Shown: positions 39,225-51,660, numbered from the stretch's first letter. The stretch is 64,000 bases of DNA from Pseudomonadota bacterium (GCA_021324855.1 JAJPIG010000011.1:130877-194876), one strand, 5' to 3'. Numbers and translations: made by a program. Notes: generated by a model from the letters alone, not told the origin.

Positions 39225-39248
39225 TCATCGTTTCACGTGAAACGATGA
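39225..39248. promoter_or_regulatory. parS site 2 within a perfect 24-bp palindrome upstream of parA
   Basis: TCATCGTTTCACGTGAAACGATGA. Confidence 0.93.
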
Positions 39249-39316
39249 CCGTCAGCGGGCGATAAGGATCAGGCCGGCGGCCGCTCCTATGGTCGTCGCG
39301 CGATGAGTCGGATGAG

Positions 39317-40123
39317 TTGGTGGTGGCCGTGGGGCGCGTCATCGCGATAGCCAATCAGAAAGGCGGGGTCGGTAAAACGACGACCGCGATCAACGTCGCC
39401 GTAGCGCTCGCTCAATCGGGCGCGCGCGTCCTGCTAATCGATCTCGATCCTCAGAGTAACGCGACCTCCGGATTGACGCGGGATGCCAGCGACCTCAAGC
39501 CTGGCGCGCCGCGTGTCTCAATTTACGACGCGATGATCGAGCGGCTCTCGCTCTCCGCGATCATCCGCCAGGTACGCGACAACCTGATGCTCGCGCCGGC
39601 GGGCGCGGATCTCGTCGGCGCCGAAATTGAGCTGGCCACGGCTGAAGCGCGCGAACTGCGCGTCAAGCACATTGTAGAATCAGCCAGAGTAGAATATAAC
39701 TATGTTCTAATTGATTCGCCGCCGTCCCTTGGCCTGCTCACGCTCAATGCTCTCGTCGCCGCGGACTCGGTCCTCATCCCGTTGCAATGCGAATATTATG
39801 CATTGGAAGGGCTCTCGGCCCTGCTTGGCACGATTCGCCGGGTGCGCCAGGCACTCAACCCCGGCTTGCGAATCGAAGGAATCGTCCTCACGATGTTCGA
39901 CTCGCGCAACCGGCTTAGCCGTGATATCGAGCGCGAAGTGCGCGGCCATTTTCCCGACCAGGTATTCGCGGTCGTCATTCCGCGAAGCGTGCGGCTCTCC
40001 GAAAGTCCGAGCCATGGGCTTTCGATCTTCGAGTATGAGGGGCGCTCGGCCGGCGCGGAGGCGTATCGGCGGCTGGCGGCCGAGGTCGCGGCGCGCACCG
40101 AACAACCATCTGCCGAATCATGA
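39317..40123 (+). CDS. parA: Chromosome partitioning ATPase ParA/Soj
   Basis: NQKGGVGKTTT, DLDPQ, DSPPSLG, QCEYYALEG. Confidence 0.97.
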   Translation: MVVAVGRVIAIANQKGGVGKTTTAINVAVALAQSGARVLLIDLDPQSNATSGLTRDASDLKPGAPRVSIYDAMIERLSLSAIIRQVRDNLMLAPAGADLVGAEIELATAEARELRVKHIVESARVEYNYVLIDSPPSLGLLTLNALVAADSVLIPLQCEYYALEGLSALLGTIRRVRQALNPGLRIEGIVLTMFDSRNRLSRDIEREVRGHFPDQVFAVVIPRSVRLSESPSHGLSIFEYEGRSAGAEAYRRLAAEVAARTEQPSAES

Positions 40124-40166
40124 CCCACCGCATATCACGTTTGTCTGAATTCCCGGAGGTACTGGC

Positions 40167-41108
40167 ATGATCCGCAAAAGCCTGGGCCGCGGTCTCGACG
40201 CGCTGTTCGAAAGCACGGTCGAGATTTCGCCGCCACATCCGGAGCCACAGCCTGAAACGAAGTCTTCCGACGATCGCGCGCTCATGACGATCGCAGTGGA
40301 TCGGATCGAGCCCGGGCAGTTTCAACCGCGGCGGCATTTCGACGCACAACGGCTCCAGGAGCTACGCCGCGCGATCGAAGCGCAGGGCGTGATCGAGCCG
40401 CTGGTGGTGCGCCCCAAGCCGAACGCCGGCGCCGACGGGATGCCGCACTACGAATTGATCGCCGGGGAACGGCGACTCCGTGCGGCGCGCGAAGCGGGAT
40501 TATCGACGGTACCGGTGATCGTGCGCGCGCTCGATGATCGCGCCGCGCTCGAAATGTCGCTGGTCGAGAACCTGGCGCGCGAGGATCTGAATCCGATCGA
40601 TGAAGCGCGCGCGCTCAGCCAGCTTAATCGCGATTTCAACCTGACGCACGAGGAGATTGCGACGCGCGTCGGCAAGAGCCGACCATACGTCAGTAACGCA
40701 ACGCGGCTTCTCGAGTTGCCGCCGCCGGTGCTCGCGATGGTCGAGGCGGGGCGGCTAAGTCCGGGGCAGGTGCGTCCGCTGCTGGCCCTGGAATCGGCCG
40801 AGATGCAGATCGCGGCTGCCAACCGGATCGCAGAACAAGGCATCACGGCGCGTGGCGCCGAGCAGATAGCGATGGCGCACAAGGAGCGGCGCGCGCCGAC
40901 GCATCGCGGCAGTAGCGATGGAGCCGGGCGCGATCCGAACATGGCGGCGCTGGCCGAGGCGCTTAGGCGGACGCTCAAGCGTAAAGTCACGATTGTCCGG
41001 CCGCGCGGCCGCACTCCGGGCCGCGTCGAGCTTGAGTATTACAATGATCAGGATTTGACCGAACTCGCCTCGTTGCTCACCGCCGCCGGCGCGCAACGCA
41101 AGGGGTGA
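40167..41108 (+). CDS. parB: Chromosome partitioning protein ParB
   Basis: LGRGLDAL, QPRRHF, GERRLRAA, ENLAREDL, HTH. Confidence 0.97.
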   Translation: MIRKSLGRGLDALFESTVEISPPHPEPQPETKSSDDRALMTIAVDRIEPGQFQPRRHFDAQRLQELRRAIEAQGVIEPLVVRPKPNAGADGMPHYELIAGERRLRAAREAGLSTVPVIVRALDDRAALEMSLVENLAREDLNPIDEARALSQLNRDFNLTHEEIATRVGKSRPYVSNATRLLELPPPVLAMVEAGRLSPGQVRPLLALESAEMQIAAANRIAEQGITARGAEQIAMAHKERRAPTHRGSSDGAGRDPNMAALAEALRRTLKRKVTIVRPRGRTPGRVELEYYNDQDLTELASLLTAAGAQRKG

Positions 41109-41122
41109 GACCCGATTGTCGA

Positions 41123-42733
41123 TCACATCCTGAACACGCCGAAGGTGGCGGCGGGCGGAATCGGCGCGTTGAGCGAAGTTGCGATGCCGAGCGCCAGCAC
41201 GTTGCGAGTCTCGACCGGATCGAGCACGCCGTCATCCCACAGCCGCGCCGTCGAGTAATAGCAGCTCGATTCGCGTTCGTACTTCTCGAGTGTCGGACGC
41301 ATGAACTCGGCCTGCTCTTCGGCGCTCATGGTCTGATTTTGCGCCCTGAGCTGATCGAGCTTGACGGTGAGCAGCGTATTCGCCGCTTGTTCGCCGCCCA
41401 TCACGGAAATGCGCGCGTTGGGCCACATGAAGAGCAGCCGGGGCTGATATGCGCGTCCGCACATCCCGTAATTGCCCGCGCCGTTCGAGGCCCCGATGAT
41501 CACCGTGAACTTAGGCACCTGCGCGTTGGCGACCGCGTTTACCATCTTGGCGCCGTCCTTTGCGATGCCCCCCTGTTCGTAGCGCTTGCCGACGATGAAC
41601 CCCGTGATGTTCTGCAGAAACAAGAGCGGCGTCTGACGCGCGCAGCATAGCTCGATGAAGTGCGTCGCCTTAAGCGCGGATTCGCTGAACAGCACTCCGT
41701 TGTTGGCGACGATTCCTACCGGGTAGCCGAAAATCCGCGCGAAGCCGGTCACTACCGAGGCGCCGTAGCGCGCCTTGAACTCATGCATCCGGCTGCCGTC
41801 GACGATTCGCGCGATCACCTCGCGCACGTCGAATGGTTTGCGCGGATCGTTGCTGATGATCCCGTACAGCTCGGCCGGATCGTAATATGGATCCTCGGGT
41901 TCGCCCTGCACGATCGAAGCTGTCGGCGCGGGACCGAGGTTCGAGAGCACCGAGCGCGCGATCTCCAGCGCATGCCGATCATCGTCGGCGAGATGATCGC
42001 TCACACCTGAAATTCGTGTATGCACATCGCCGCCGCCCAGTTCCTCGGCGCTCACCTGCTCTCCCGTCGCGGCGCGCACCAGTGGCGGCCCGGCGAGAAA
42101 GATTGTCCCTTGGTTCCTGACGATGACGTTTTCATCGCACATCGCGGGGACGTACGCTCCACCCGCCGTACACGAGCCCATCACGACTGCGACCTGCGCG
42201 ATACCCATCGCTGACATCCGCGCCTGGTTATAGAAGATGCGCCCGAAATGGTCGCGATCGGGGAAGACTTGGTCCTGGAGCGGCAGGAACGCGCCGCCTG
42301 AATCGACCAGGTAGACGCACGGGATGCGGTTTTCGGTCGCGATCTCCTGCGCGCGCAGGTGTTTCTTCACGGTTATCGGATAGTAGGCGCCGCCTTTTAC
42401 GGTCGCGTCGTTTGCGACCACCATCACCTCGCGTCCATGGACGCGTCCGATGCCGGTGACGATGCCGGCCGACGGCGCTTCATCGTCGTACATCCCGAAC
42501 GCAGCGAGCGTCGACAGCTCGAGGAACGGGCTTTCCGGGTCGAGCAGGCCGCGGATGCGATCGCGCACCAAAAGTTTGCCACGCCTTACATGGCGCTCGC
42601 GCGAGGCTTCGGGGCCGCCGAGGCGGATGCGCGCGATGGTCTCGCGCAGCTTCTTCGTCGCCGCCTCCATCAGCTCGCGGTTACGGCGGAAATCTTCGCT
42701 CTGCGGATTGATGCGCGTCTCTATCCGTTCCAT
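41123..42733 (-). CDS. Methylcrotonyl-CoA carboxylase beta (carboxyltransferase) subunit
   Basis: [46 protein letters not shown]. Confidence 0.93.
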   Translation of the reverse strand: MERIETRINPQSEDFRRNRELMEAATKKLRETIARIRLGGPEASRERHVRRGKLLVRDRIRGLLDPESPFLELSTLAAFGMYDDEAPSAGIVTGIGRVHGREVMVVANDATVKGGAYYPITVKKHLRAQEIATENRIPCVYLVDSGGAFLPLQDQVFPDRDHFGRIFYNQARMSAMGIAQVAVVMGSCTAGGAYVPAMCDENVIVRNQGTIFLAGPPLVRAATGEQVSAEELGGGDVHTRISGVSDHLADDDRHALEIARSVLSNLGPAPTASIVQGEPEDPYYDPAELYGIISNDPRKPFDVREVIARIVDGSRMHEFKARYGASVVTGFARIFGYPVGIVANNGVLFSESALKATHFIELCCARQTPLLFLQNITGFIVGKRYEQGGIAKDGAKMVNAVANAQVPKFTVIIGASNGAGNYGMCGRAYQPRLLFMWPNARISVMGGEQAANTLLTVKLDQLRAQNQTMSAEEQAEFMRPTLEKYERESSCYYSTARLWDDGVLDPVETRNVLALGIATSLNAPIPPAATFGVFRM

Positions 42734-42820
42734 CGATGACCTGCTGCTCGCTGCCAGGGCCTGAGTTAGGCTAGATACTAGCGGTCTGAAAGATGTCGGG
42801 CGAAGCCCCGGCAGCCTGCC

Positions 42821-45151
42821 ATGCGCGAACGTGATTTAAGGGCGCTCGAATTCGACAAGGTACTTGAGATTGTCAAGGGCCTCGCGGCCTCCGAACCGGG
42901 GCGCACTGCGATTGCCGCGATCGCTCCTGCGACCGATGCCGATGAGGTGCGCGCTCGCTTGCGCATCGCCGCCGAACTGGTCGAATTGCGCGGCCATGCC
43001 GGCGCGCTGCCTGTCGGCGAATTCACCGATCAGCGCGATCTGCTGCTCGCCGCCGCTCGGGGCGGCGCGGTGCTCGACGGTTCATCGCTGGTCCGGATTC
43101 GCGATTTCGTGATCGCGGCGCGGCATGTCGCCGCGTTCATGCGTTCGCGCGTCGAACCATTCCCGCATCTCGCCGCCCTTGCCTCGATGCTGGTTGCGCC
43201 GAAAGAGCTGGCCGATGCGATGCTCGCTGCGCTCGCCGACGACGGCGGCCTGCTCGACGATGCCAGTCCCGAGCTCAACCGGCTGCGCAACCGGATTCGC
43301 GAGGGCCGCCTGGACCTCGAGGCGCGGCTGTTTCGGGCGCTCAACAGCCCCGGGATGGAACCGTTCGTTTCCGACTATCTCGTCACGGTGCGCAATCGGC
43401 GCTTCGTCCTGCCGCTTCGCCTTAACTACGCGGAGAAGCTGGAAGGTATCGTGCAGGATCGCTCGGTTTCGGGCGAGACCCTGTTCGTCGAGCCCCTGTG
43501 GGCGGTCGAGCTGAACAACCGGCTGATGATGCTGGAGCGCGAGGCCGAAGCCGAAGAGCGGCGCATCCTCGCAGCGCTTACCGCGATGGTCCGCGGCTAC
43601 GTGCGCGAGCTTCGGATGACGTTTGACGCGATGGTGCGGCTCGACCTGCTGAACGCGTCGGCGATTTTCGCGGAGCGTTTCGGATGCAGCGAGCCGGAGA
43701 TCGTCGAGGGCGGGCTCGAGCTCACCGGCGCGCGGCATCCGATGCTGATCGCGAGCGGACGCGAGGTGGTGCCGATCGATGTCCGAATCGGCGCCGACCA
43801 GCACGGCATCGTGATCTCAGGGCCGAACACCGGGGGCAAAACCGTCGCGCTCAAAACCGTCGGGCTGCTCGCGATGATGGCGCAGGCGGGCCTGCTGGTT
43901 CCTGCCGAGCATGCTCGTCTTCCGGTCTTCCACTCATGCTTCGTCGATATCGGCGACGAGCAGTCGATCGAACGCAACCTGTCGAGCTTCGCCGCGCATA
44001 TCGCGAACCTGCGAGAGATAGTCGCATCGTTTGCTGAGCCGGCACTGGTCATCCTCGATGAACCCGGCGCGGGTACGGACCCGGCCGAAGGCGCCGCGCT
44101 CGCCATCGGGCTGATGAACTACTTTCGCGAGCGCCGCTGCCTGCTCGGCATCGCGACCCATTCCGCAGCGGTCAAGCTGCACGCCTACACGAGCGGCGGT
44201 TTTGAAGCGTCCGCGGTCGATTTCGATCCCGAACGGCTCACGCCGCTCTATCGACTACGGCCGCATGCTATCGGCGAAAGCTACGGCCTCGCGGTGGCGC
44301 GCCGGCTCGGGCTGCCCGACGAGATCATCCGCGCGGCTGAGGCGGCGCGCGGCGAAACGACGATCCAGCTTGACCGGGTGCTGCGTCAGCTTGAAAGCGA
44401 GCGCGATGCGCTCCGGGCGGAACGCGAGCGAATCGCCGGGCGCGAACGAGAGCTCCTTCGGCGCGAGAGCGAAGCCCGCGCCGAGCTTGATCGGGCGCGC
44501 GCGAAGTTCGAGGCTGAGACTGTGCGGCTTCGCGGCGAGGCCGAGAGCCTGATCGCGGATTTGCGCCGCCAGGGGCTGGACCTCGCCCGCGAGCTGCGCG
44601 AGCAGGCGCGGCCGCGCGCCGCGCTCAAATCGATCGTCGGCGCAGCCGCGGAACGCGCAGCCCGGCTCGCTCCCGAGGCGCGCGGTAGATCGGGGCCGGA
44701 GGACGCTCCGCAAGCGCCCTTGCGCGTCGGCGATCAGGTCGAGGTGGGCGACTTGCGCGGCGAGTTAATCCAGCTCGATCAGAATCGCGCGGTGATCGGA
44801 CGCGGCGCGCTCCGGATCGAGGTCTCGCCCGATCGCCTGCGCCGCGCGAAGGTGGCGCCCGCGCCGGCGCGCGGACCCACCGTCACGGTTGCGGCAGCGC
44901 CATCGGAGGCCGGCGAACTAAACCTGATCGGGATGCGCACGTCCGATGCGCTCCGCCGGCTGGAGGAGTTCCTCGATCAGGCTTATCTGACGAATCGCGC
45001 TGAAGTCAGGATCGTGCACGGAATCGGCTCGGGCGCGCTGCGCAAGGCGATTCACGATTACCTGGCCGACTCGCCCTACTGCGCTTCGTTTCGCGAAGCC
45101 GAGCCGCATCATGGCGGCGCCGGCGCGACCATCGTCACGCTGCAGCTCTGA
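42821..45151 (+). CDS. mutS2: MutS2 family protein with C-terminal Smr domain
   Basis: [26 protein letters not shown], coiled coil, [10 protein letters not shown]. Confidence 0.95.
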   Translation: MRERDLRALEFDKVLEIVKGLAASEPGRTAIAAIAPATDADEVRARLRIAAELVELRGHAGALPVGEFTDQRDLLLAAARGGAVLDGSSLVRIRDFVIAARHVAAFMRSRVEPFPHLAALASMLVAPKELADAMLAALADDGGLLDDASPELNRLRNRIREGRLDLEARLFRALNSPGMEPFVSDYLVTVRNRRFVLPLRLNYAEKLEGIVQDRSVSGETLFVEPLWAVELNNRLMMLEREAEAEERRILAALTAMVRGYVRELRMTFDAMVRLDLLNASAIFAERFGCSEPEIVEGGLELTGARHPMLIASGREVVPIDVRIGADQHGIVISGPNTGGKTVALKTVGLLAMMAQAGLLVPAEHARLPVFHSCFVDIGDEQSIERNLSSFAAHIANLREIVASFAEPALVILDEPGAGTDPAEGAALAIGLMNYFRERRCLLGIATHSAAVKLHAYTSGGFEASAVDFDPERLTPLYRLRPHAIGESYGLAVARRLGLPDEIIRAAEAARGETTIQLDRVLRQLESERDALRAERERIAGRERELLRRESEARAELDRARAKFEAETVRLRGEAESLIADLRRQGLDLARELREQARPRAALKSIVGAAAERAARLAPEARGRSGPEDAPQAPLRVGDQVEVGDLRGELIQLDQNRAVIGRGALRIEVSPDRLRRAKVAPAPARGPTVTVAAAPSEAGELNLIGMRTSDALRRLEEFLDQAYLTNRAEVRIVHGIGSGALRKAIHDYLADSPYCASFREAEPHHGGAGATIVTLQL

Positions 45152-45193
45152 TAGCGCGGTCGAGCAAAACCTGTTTAAGGTCTCAAATGCTCG

Positions 45194-45223
45194 GCAGCCG
45201 GACAGGATCTCCCGCCCGGCTGC
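45194..45223. terminator. Hairpin between convergent mutS2 and ferredoxin
   Basis: GCAGCCGG...CCGGCTGC. Confidence 0.5.
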
Positions 45224-45254
45224 GATGATGCGATGATTTGACCGGTCCGACGCG

Positions 45255-45614
45255 TCAGGCGTTGGGATCGAGGCCCCATTTCTTCTTGTTGGCGGCGACC
45301 TGCTCGGGCGTGGGGTGCTCGGTCGCGGTGAAAGTTTTCACCTTGAACTGGTCGCTCAATTCGACTGACTTTCGATTGAGCGCGATGTCGTCTTTGAAGA
45401 TTTCGGGCACTGCCGGCTCCTCAAAGATTGCCTGCCACGGGCATTCCGGTTCACACGCACCGCAGTCGATGCATTCGTCGGGATTTATGTAGAGCTGGTT
45501 GGGAAAATGCTCCTTGTCCGACCCGACATACTCGTAGATACAATCGACGGGACAGACGCTGACGCATCCGGTATCCAGGCAATCAATGCAAAGGCGGGTT
45601 ATAACCCATGGCAT
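45255..45614 (-). CDS. Dicluster (7Fe/8Fe-type) ferredoxin
   Basis: [17 protein letters not shown] and [12 protein letters not shown]; GGAGG RBS. Confidence 0.93.
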   Translation of the reverse strand: MPWVITRLCIDCLDTGCVSVCPVDCIYEYVGSDKEHFPNQLYINPDECIDCGACEPECPWQAIFEEPAVPEIFKDDIALNRKSVELSDQFKVKTFTATEHPTPEQVAANKKKWGLDPNA

Positions 45615-45814
45615 GGCTGACTCTCTTCTCCTCCAGGGACTGAACTTATCGCGGCGCGACGGCCAATTAAAGTCCGCGCGATGCCGCACTGCCGGCCGAA
45701 TCTTCGAATCGCGCAACGCTTGCGCATCGGCCACTTTGCACGATCGAATTCTCGGTTACAATAACCGGCTGACACTTGGGGCCAACGCCTAGCACAAACC
45801 ATGGTGGTATTGAA

Positions 45815-47233
45815 ATGAAACCGACCGATTCAGTTACCGTCACCCAGACCCGCACCGAAACCGACAGTATGGGCCCAATCGAGGTCCGCCAAGATCGCTA
45901 CTGGGGCGCGCAGACCGAGCGCTCGCTGATCCATTTCGCAATCGGCGATGATCGGATGCCGCGCCCTCTGATCCGCGCGATCGGAATTCTCAAGAAGGCC
46001 GCTGCGATCGTGAATCAGAAGCTCGGCAAGCTCCCTGACGAGAAAGCGCGCCTGATTATCGCCGCTGCCGATGAGGTCATCAGCGGCAAGCTCGACGATC
46101 ACTTTCCCCTGCGCGTCTGGCAGACCGGTAGTGGCACGCAGACCAACATGAACGCCAATGAGGTCATCTCGAACCGCGGCATTGAGATGGCAGGCGGCAA
46201 GATGGGCTCAAAAAAGCCGCTCCATCCCAACGACGACGTCAACATGTCGCAATCCTCCAACGACACCTTCCCGACCGCGATGCACATCGCGGCGGCCGAG
46301 GAACTGGTTCATCGATTGATTCCGGCCGTCCGCGAGCTGCGCAACGCGCTCGATGCGAAAAGTCGCGAATTCAAGGATTTAATCAAGATCGGCCGCACCC
46401 ACCTGATGGATGCAGTGCCGCTCACGCTCGGTCAGGAGTTCTCGGGTTATGTTGCGCAGCTCGATGCGAATTTGAAACGCATCGATGCGATCCTGCCCGA
46501 CGTTTACGAACTTGCGATCGGCGGCACCGCGGTCGGCACCGGCCTCAATACCCATCCCGAATTCGCCGAGCGCACCGCGCAGGTAATCGCCGAGTTGACG
46601 GGGCTGCCGTTTCGCTCCGCGCCGAACAAGTTCGCGGCGCTCGCCGCGCACGATGCGCTGGTGATGGCCTCGGGGGCGCTCAGGACGCTCGCCTGCTCGC
46701 TGATGAAAATCGCCAACGACATCCGCTGGCTCGGCTCAGGTCCGCGCTGCGGCCTGGGCGAGCTGCTCCTGCCCGAGAACGAGCCGGGCTCATCGATCAT
46801 GCCGGGCAAGGTGAATCCGACCCAGTCCGAGGCTATGACGATGGTCTGCGTGCAGGTGATGGGCAACGACGCGGCAATCGGCTTCGCCGGTTCACAGGGG
46901 AATTTTGAGCTCAACGTCTTCAAGCCGGTTATCATCTTTAACCTTTTGAACTCGATCCGGCTGCTCGCTGACGCCTGCCACATGTTCACCGAACATTGCG
47001 CACTTGGGATCGAGGCGAACCGCCGCCGGCTGCATCATTTCGTGCACGACTCGCTGATGCTCGTGACGGCGATTGCGCCAATCGTCGGCTATGACAACGC
47101 GGCCAAGGTCGCCAAGAAAGCGCATGCCGAGGGGACCACGCTGCGCGATGCGGCGATCGCGCTCAAGCTAATGTCAGGCGAAGAGTTCGACAAGCATATG
47201 CGCCCCGAAAAGATGCTCGGCCCGGAAGGCTAG
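45815..47233 (+). CDS. fumC: Class II fumarate hydratase
   Basis: [34 protein letters not shown]. Confidence 0.97.
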   Translation: MKPTDSVTVTQTRTETDSMGPIEVRQDRYWGAQTERSLIHFAIGDDRMPRPLIRAIGILKKAAAIVNQKLGKLPDEKARLIIAAADEVISGKLDDHFPLRVWQTGSGTQTNMNANEVISNRGIEMAGGKMGSKKPLHPNDDVNMSQSSNDTFPTAMHIAAAEELVHRLIPAVRELRNALDAKSREFKDLIKIGRTHLMDAVPLTLGQEFSGYVAQLDANLKRIDAILPDVYELAIGGTAVGTGLNTHPEFAERTAQVIAELTGLPFRSAPNKFAALAAHDALVMASGALRTLACSLMKIANDIRWLGSGPRCGLGELLLPENEPGSSIMPGKVNPTQSEAMTMVCVQVMGNDAAIGFAGSQGNFELNVFKPVIIFNLLNSIRLLADACHMFTEHCALGIEANRRRLHHFVHDSLMLVTAIAPIVGYDNAAKVAKKAHAEGTTLRDAAIALKLMSGEEFDKHMRPEKMLGPEG

Positions 47234-47315
47234 ACTTGAAGTGGCAATTGCTCGGGAAATTTGAGACCCCTTGGTAGGCAACGGCTTTGTCGTGCCGCCA
47301 GAACAGGAGGCGATC

Positions 47316-48470
47316 ATGAAATTCGGCGCATTCTATCTGCACCAGGTGCCGCGGCCTTGGGATCTCGAAACCGAGCATCGCTACTTCAAGGACACTCTGA
47401 CGCAGGCCGAGCTGCTCGATCGCCTCGGTTTCGATTATTTCTGGGTGGCCGAGCATCACTTCCTCGAAGAGTATTCGCATTCTTCGGCGCCGGAGATCTT
47501 TCTGGCCGCCGTCACGCAGCGCACCAGCCGGATTCGACTGGGCCACGGGATCGTGCAGATGCCGCCGCTGATCAATCATCCGGCGCGCGTCGCCGAGCGG
47601 ATCGCGACGCTCGATCTCGTCAGCGACGGGCGCATCGAATTCGGCACCGGCGAAGGCGCCTGCATCAGCGAGCTCGAGGGCTTCCGCGTCCCGATGGAAG
47701 AGAAGCGCGCGATGTGGCGCGAGGGCGTAGAAGCGGTGACGCGGCTGCTGGTCGAGGTCCCGTTCCAAGGCTACCGCGGCAAATACCTCGATCTGCCGGT
47801 GCGAAACCTGGTGCCGAAGCCCTATCAGCGGCCGCATCCGCCGCTATGGCTCGCCTGTACGCGTCACGCAACTATCCTGACCGCCGCGCGGCTCGGGATG
47901 GGTGCGCTGTGTTTCGCCTTTATGTCGCCGGAAGAAGCGGCGGGATGGGCGCGCGATTACTATCGCACGCTCGAAGCGGAGTGCGAGCCGATCGGAGCGG
48001 CGATCAATCCCAATATCGCAGTTATGTATCCGTTTTTCTGCGATCGCGACGAGCAGCGCGCTCGCCAGATCGCCGGCGAAAACCAGGGCTTCTTTCCCTA
48101 CGGGCTTGCGCATTACTGGACGCTCACCGATCACGAGCCGGGCAAGACCGATTTATGGGACGAGTATCGGAATAATCCGCGTGAGGTGAACCTGCCGCTC
48201 GGCAAGACCGATTGCATCGGCACGCCCGATCAGGTGCGCGAGCTGCTCCGCGGCTTCGAGGATACCGGAATCGATCAGATCATCTTCATGGGCCAGGGCG
48301 GCAAGATGCCGCATCAGGCGCTCTGCGGCGCATACGAACTCTTCGCGCGTGAGGTGATGCCGGAGTTTGCCGAGCGTGAGCGCAGCCGCGTCGCCGAAAA
48401 AGCGGCGACGGTCGCCCGCCTCACGGAGGCGATCGGCAGGCGCCCGCGCCGCGGCTCCTCGGCAGCATAA
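47316..48470 (+). CDS. LLM class flavin-dependent oxidoreductase
   Basis: AEHHFLEEYSHSSAPE, RVAERIATLD, PKPYQRPHPPLW; AGGAGG RBS. Confidence 0.92.
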   Translation: MKFGAFYLHQVPRPWDLETEHRYFKDTLTQAELLDRLGFDYFWVAEHHFLEEYSHSSAPEIFLAAVTQRTSRIRLGHGIVQMPPLINHPARVAERIATLDLVSDGRIEFGTGEGACISELEGFRVPMEEKRAMWREGVEAVTRLLVEVPFQGYRGKYLDLPVRNLVPKPYQRPHPPLWLACTRHATILTAARLGMGALCFAFMSPEEAAGWARDYYRTLEAECEPIGAAINPNIAVMYPFFCDRDEQRARQIAGENQGFFPYGLAHYWTLTDHEPGKTDLWDEYRNNPREVNLPLGKTDCIGTPDQVRELLRGFEDTGIDQIIFMGQGGKMPHQALCGAYELFAREVMPEFAERERSRVAEKAATVARLTEAIGRRPRRGSSAA

Positions 48471-48706
48471 GGCCTTCTCGGACACCGGGAAGGTCGGAGC
48501 GGCTGTCCTAAATCCCGCCGGCCTCGAAATATGACGGACGAACGGGTTTGCATGCCGATCGGACACGTTCCGATCGAGGGTTTCGGACTGTTTGCGATAT
48601 CCCCTTCTCCTTGCTAGCTTCTCACTACTAGTTTTAAACCTGAATTACTGATTTTATCCTCCCACCGACTGAATTAGCACGCCGACGTTCGCGTTATCGT
48701 GCGAGG

Positions 48707-49978
48707 ATGCAATGCGAGAATGAGTCGCCGCACTTCGGAAACTATCGCGCGAGAGAACTGGCGATTGTGCCGTCGCCGATTCTCGTCGTGATCAAAAAGC
48801 ATGAAGGGCTGTTGCAGCTCGGAAGCGCAGCGCTGTCATCGAGGTATTCTAAAATGATCGCGCAAATTTCGACCAGGTTGTTCTCGGTCCCATCGACCCA
48901 GGGGTCGTGGGAGATCATTCGCTTCAAGGGCCTGATGCGCTATCTCGGCGCGATCTGCTTCGCCCTGCTGGCGATCGGCTTTCGTTCAGTCCTCGACCAA
49001 CTCCTGGGCGATGCGTCGCTTTATCCATATGCGACGTTTTACCTGCCAATCGCACTCAGCACGTGGCTGTTCGACCTCGGCCCGGGATTCGTTACTGCAG
49101 CGCTGTGCGAGATTTTTGTCGTATGGGGGCTACCGCCGTCGGGCTCGTTTGTAGTTGCCTCACGTGGAGATCAGACCAACCTCGCGTCCTTTACGATCGA
49201 GAGCGCAGCCATCTGCCTGATCCTGGCCAAGCTTAAGGCGATTCAGCGTGAGCTTCAGATTGCCAAGAACGGGGCGGAAACAGCAAACCGCAGCAAGGAC
49301 GAGTTTCTCGAAATGGTTTCGCACGAGTTGCGCACCCCGCTCAATGCGATCGTGCTGTCGAACCGCCTGCTCGCCCAGGATGCGGATGCCTCTGGGAAGA
49401 TTCAGCACTCGGTGCGCGTAATCGAACGCGCGGCACATACGTTAGCGAATATGGTTGACGACCTGGTCGATTCGGGCCGCATCGTCAGCGGTCGACTGGC
49501 GATTAATCGCACCCCTGTCGATCTGGTTGAGATCGTCCGCGCCGTCGTCGACATGATGAATCCGGCCGCCGAGGAACGCGGGGTCCGACTGATCACGAAA
49601 CTCTCCGAATCATCGATTGCACTGTTTGCGGATTCCGACCGGATCCAGCAGGCGCTTTCCAATCTGATCAGCAACGCCATCAAGTTCACTCCGCGCGGTG
49701 GAATAGTTGAGATCGCGGCGAAGTCGGTCAAAGGTGGAGCTGAACTGCGGATCAGGGACACTGGGGAGGGGATCGATCCCGTTCTGCTGCCTCACATCTT
49801 CGACCGCTTCGCGCAGGATGACGGCGCGCCGAAAGGCCGCTGCGGAGGCCTTGGCCTCGGCTTGTTCATCGTCAAAGCGCTGGTCGAGCTTCATGGCGGC
49901 ACGATTGTCGCTATGAGCGCGGGCAAGGGATGCGGCGCCATCTTCGCGATATTCATCCCAACGGGCGCTGATGCCTGA
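48707..49978 (+). CDS. Membrane sensor histidine kinase (DUF4118-like TM region, HisKA, HATPase); start probably later
   Basis: SHELRTPL H-box, NAIKFT N-box, DTGEG, GLGLGL. Confidence 0.9.
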   Translation: MQCENESPHFGNYRARELAIVPSPILVVIKKHEGLLQLGSAALSSRYSKMIAQISTRLFSVPSTQGSWEIIRFKGLMRYLGAICFALLAIGFRSVLDQLLGDASLYPYATFYLPIALSTWLFDLGPGFVTAALCEIFVVWGLPPSGSFVVASRGDQTNLASFTIESAAICLILAKLKAIQRELQIAKNGAETANRSKDEFLEMVSHELRTPLNAIVLSNRLLAQDADASGKIQHSVRVIERAAHTLANMVDDLVDSGRIVSGRLAINRTPVDLVEIVRAVVDMMNPAAEERGVRLITKLSESSIALFADSDRIQQALSNLISNAIKFTPRGGIVEIAAKSVKGGAELRIRDTGEGIDPVLLPHIFDRFAQDDGAPKGRCGGLGLGLFIVKALVELHGGTIVAMSAGKGCGAIFAIFIPTGADA

Positions 49979-50079
49979 GCCGCAGCGCGCACGGCACAAC
50001 CACCGACATCAACTCTTGCCGATATTCAGCGTTCTGGTAGATAGGGCGCTGAGAGCATCAATCGCAGGAGGTAATCGCG

Positions 50080-51138
50080 ATGGCTGCATCGACGAAGTCA
50101 CGGCCCGTACTGTTGCTGGGCAGCGTTCCACTCGGCTCAGCAGCCGAAGTTTTTGAGGCCGCCGGCGCGACGCTCGGCGAGCTTGCTCGTCGAATTCCCG
50201 ATGGCGAGACCGGCGCGGTCCGCCTCAATTGGGTTGGATGTCAGGCGCAGCCGTTCCGCGATGGGGTCGGTCTCGAGCCTGCCGCTACTCGGACCGTACC
50301 TGGTGTGCCGGAATTCACGCTCTATGGCATCAAACCCGGAAACGGTCCGGAAGGGGTTAAATTCGGACCGCTGGGTTACGCTCGATGGGCGATCGAATCG
50401 TACAAGGATTTCACGCGGCTGCGTTCGGCGGGCAAGATTCCGAAAGAGACGCGCATGCAGGTCAGCATGCCAACGCCGTTCGCGGTCGCATTCAGCTTCA
50501 GTGCACCGGCATCGTTCCCGGCGTTGTGGCGGATTTACGAGCGGCGGATGTTCGAAGAGGTCGACGAAATGGCGCGCGCGATACCGCATCGCGACCTTGC
50601 GATCCAATGGGACATCGCGCCGGACATGATCGAGTTCGACACCGTCTCCGAGCGGCCCGAGGCGATGCGGAAGTTATTCGCAGCGGGCGCGACGCGCGAT
50701 GAAATCGTGGCAGGCATTGCGCGCGCCGCGGACAGCGTTCCGGCGGACGTCGAGATGGGACTGCATTTCTGTTACGGCGATCCCGGTCACAAACACCTTG
50801 TCGAGCCGAAGCATACCGGGCCGGCGGTCGAGCTCGCGAATCGGCTGGCGACGATGATCAGCCGCCCGATCACCTGGGTGCATCTGCCCGTGCCGCGCGG
50901 CCGTGTCGATCGCGATTACTTCGCGCCGCTCGGCGGCCTCAAGCTCAAGCCGGGCACCGAACTCTACCTCGGTCTGGTGCATTTCACTGACGGACTTGAC
51001 GGAGCAAAACGGCGCATCGCGGCGGCAAGCACCGTAGTCAGCGATTTCGGGATTGCTACGGAGTGCGGGATGGGCCGGCGCAAGCCCGAGACGATTCGCG
51101 ATCTGCTGCGGTTGCATCGCGAGATCGCCACGCTCTGA
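50080..51138 (+). CDS. Single-barrel MetE/UROD-superfamily putative Zn enzyme, second paralogue
   Basis: LGSVPL, PDGETG, IQWD, GLHFCYG, ECGMGR. Confidence 0.8.
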   Translation: MAASTKSRPVLLLGSVPLGSAAEVFEAAGATLGELARRIPDGETGAVRLNWVGCQAQPFRDGVGLEPAATRTVPGVPEFTLYGIKPGNGPEGVKFGPLGYARWAIESYKDFTRLRSAGKIPKETRMQVSMPTPFAVAFSFSAPASFPALWRIYERRMFEEVDEMARAIPHRDLAIQWDIAPDMIEFDTVSERPEAMRKLFAAGATRDEIVAGIARAADSVPADVEMGLHFCYGDPGHKHLVEPKHTGPAVELANRLATMISRPITWVHLPVPRGRVDRDYFAPLGGLKLKPGTELYLGLVHFTDGLDGAKRRIAAASTVVSDFGIATECGMGRRKPETIRDLLRLHREIATL

Positions 51139-51169
51139 ACGGCTGCCGGCCAGGCGTCGAAACGTCAGA

Positions 51170-51382
51170 TCAAACGGTTACTGCCCAGGCTGCGACGGCC
51201 ATCAGGATGAGCGCGATCAGCGCGTAATACCTGAACATGCGTCGCTGTTCGGTGTACTTGACGGCGAGATAGACGAACATCACGCCACCGACATAGAGAC
51301 CCACGATCGGTTGACAGGTCTGGGGGCCGAGATAATCGAACAAAGCCTCGAAGATGCCTGATAACAGTGTCGCCACTATCAA
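51170..51382 (-). CDS. Small membrane hypothetical protein
   Basis: 70 aa with 2-3 hydrophobic segments. Confidence 0.45.
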   Translation of the reverse strand: MIVATLLSGIFEALFDYLGPQTCQPIVGLYVGGVMFVYLAVKYTEQRRMFRYYALIALILMAVAAWAVTV

Positions 51383-51660
51383 TCAGCCTTTCGGGGGTTC
51401 GATTTGTTCTCACAGGGTCTTAGCAGACTCAACTAGAATGATGCAATATTAATCTTTTATTACCGTTCTCAAATGAGAGAATCTCCGGCCGGATTACCGA
51501 CCGGATCTGTCCTATGGGCTCATTCAGAGCCGTGGGAGATCGGATCGAACGAGCCGACGCTCGAGTCGCCGAAGCTTCGACCGCCAAACGATAAACAGGA
51601 AAGCGCTCGCAAACAGCGCACTATCATCTCGATCGCGGCGCGCCTGCGGTGCCTGAACCT

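Noticed and set aside
48707-49978. Orphan histidine kinase as a novel system
   Set aside because: Ordinary architecture; kinases without an adjacent response regulator are common.
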